This document shows positions 63,696-64,000 of a DNA stretch of 64,000 nt, piece by piece (position 1 is the stretch's first letter; every line of letters begins with the position of its first letter). The DNA comes from Azolla caroliniana (Eukaryota > Plantae > Polypodiophyta). The notes below the pieces were generated by a model. That model saw only the letters and a list, made by a program, of their open reading frames with translations, did no database searches and was not told the origin of the DNA. The position numbers and the translations under genes are program-made. The stretch covers positions 3,720,001-3,784,000 of the forward strand of contig JBHGNT010000016.1 of the NCBI GenBank assembly GCA_043228905.1, given 5' to 3'.

Positions 63696-64000
63696 GTAAT
63701 TAGTTTCTCGTACGATATTATTCTTGGTTGCCTGCTCTTTTGTCCAATTTTGCCAATGTATGGCCCTGTTTCAATTGTTAGCACTGATGTGCCAGTGTTT
63801 AAACAATGGCTATTTTTTTGTATGAATATGTTTATGCTGGGTCACCTCTTCTGTGTGTACTACCCCTAAGAAATGTTTCAATTTCATGGACATGGTGTGT
63901 TGGGATCTCATTCCGACTGATGTGGCCAGAGTCTCCCTCAAATGTATACATGTTGTCAATACTCTAGCCCCCCTAATGCAGATGTGGTAAAAAACTTTGT

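Overview
Nuclear DNA from a land plant. It is most likely a seed-free plant such as a fern; this is an inference from long TE-filled introns, an intronless PLS-class PPR gene and RTE-type LINEs. Eight protein-coding genes can be reconstructed by hand: a WIP/STOP1-like C2H2 zinc finger (+), dihydroorotase (+, 8 coding exons, one GC-AG intron), ARPC5 (-), organellar ribosomal protein uL15 (+), a LURP-one-related protein (+), palmitoyl-protein thioesterase (-, 12 exons), a PLS-E PPR protein (+) and the 5' part of a probable C-terminal J-domain protein (+, runs off the window). Mobile DNA comprises a very young full-length Ty1/copia element in a DHOase intron (TG..TA LTRs, AAGGG TSD, one frameshift), gypsy and copia relics, several RTE-like LINE copies, an L1 with an apparent twin-priming 5' inversion, a hAT MITE with an 8-bp TSD, a solo LTR and several tandem arrays. 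The most striking unexplained signal is a palindrome with identical spacing, TTCGG-N6-CCGAA, just upstream of three unrelated housekeeping genes. All alignments and splice models were made by eye; no searches were run.
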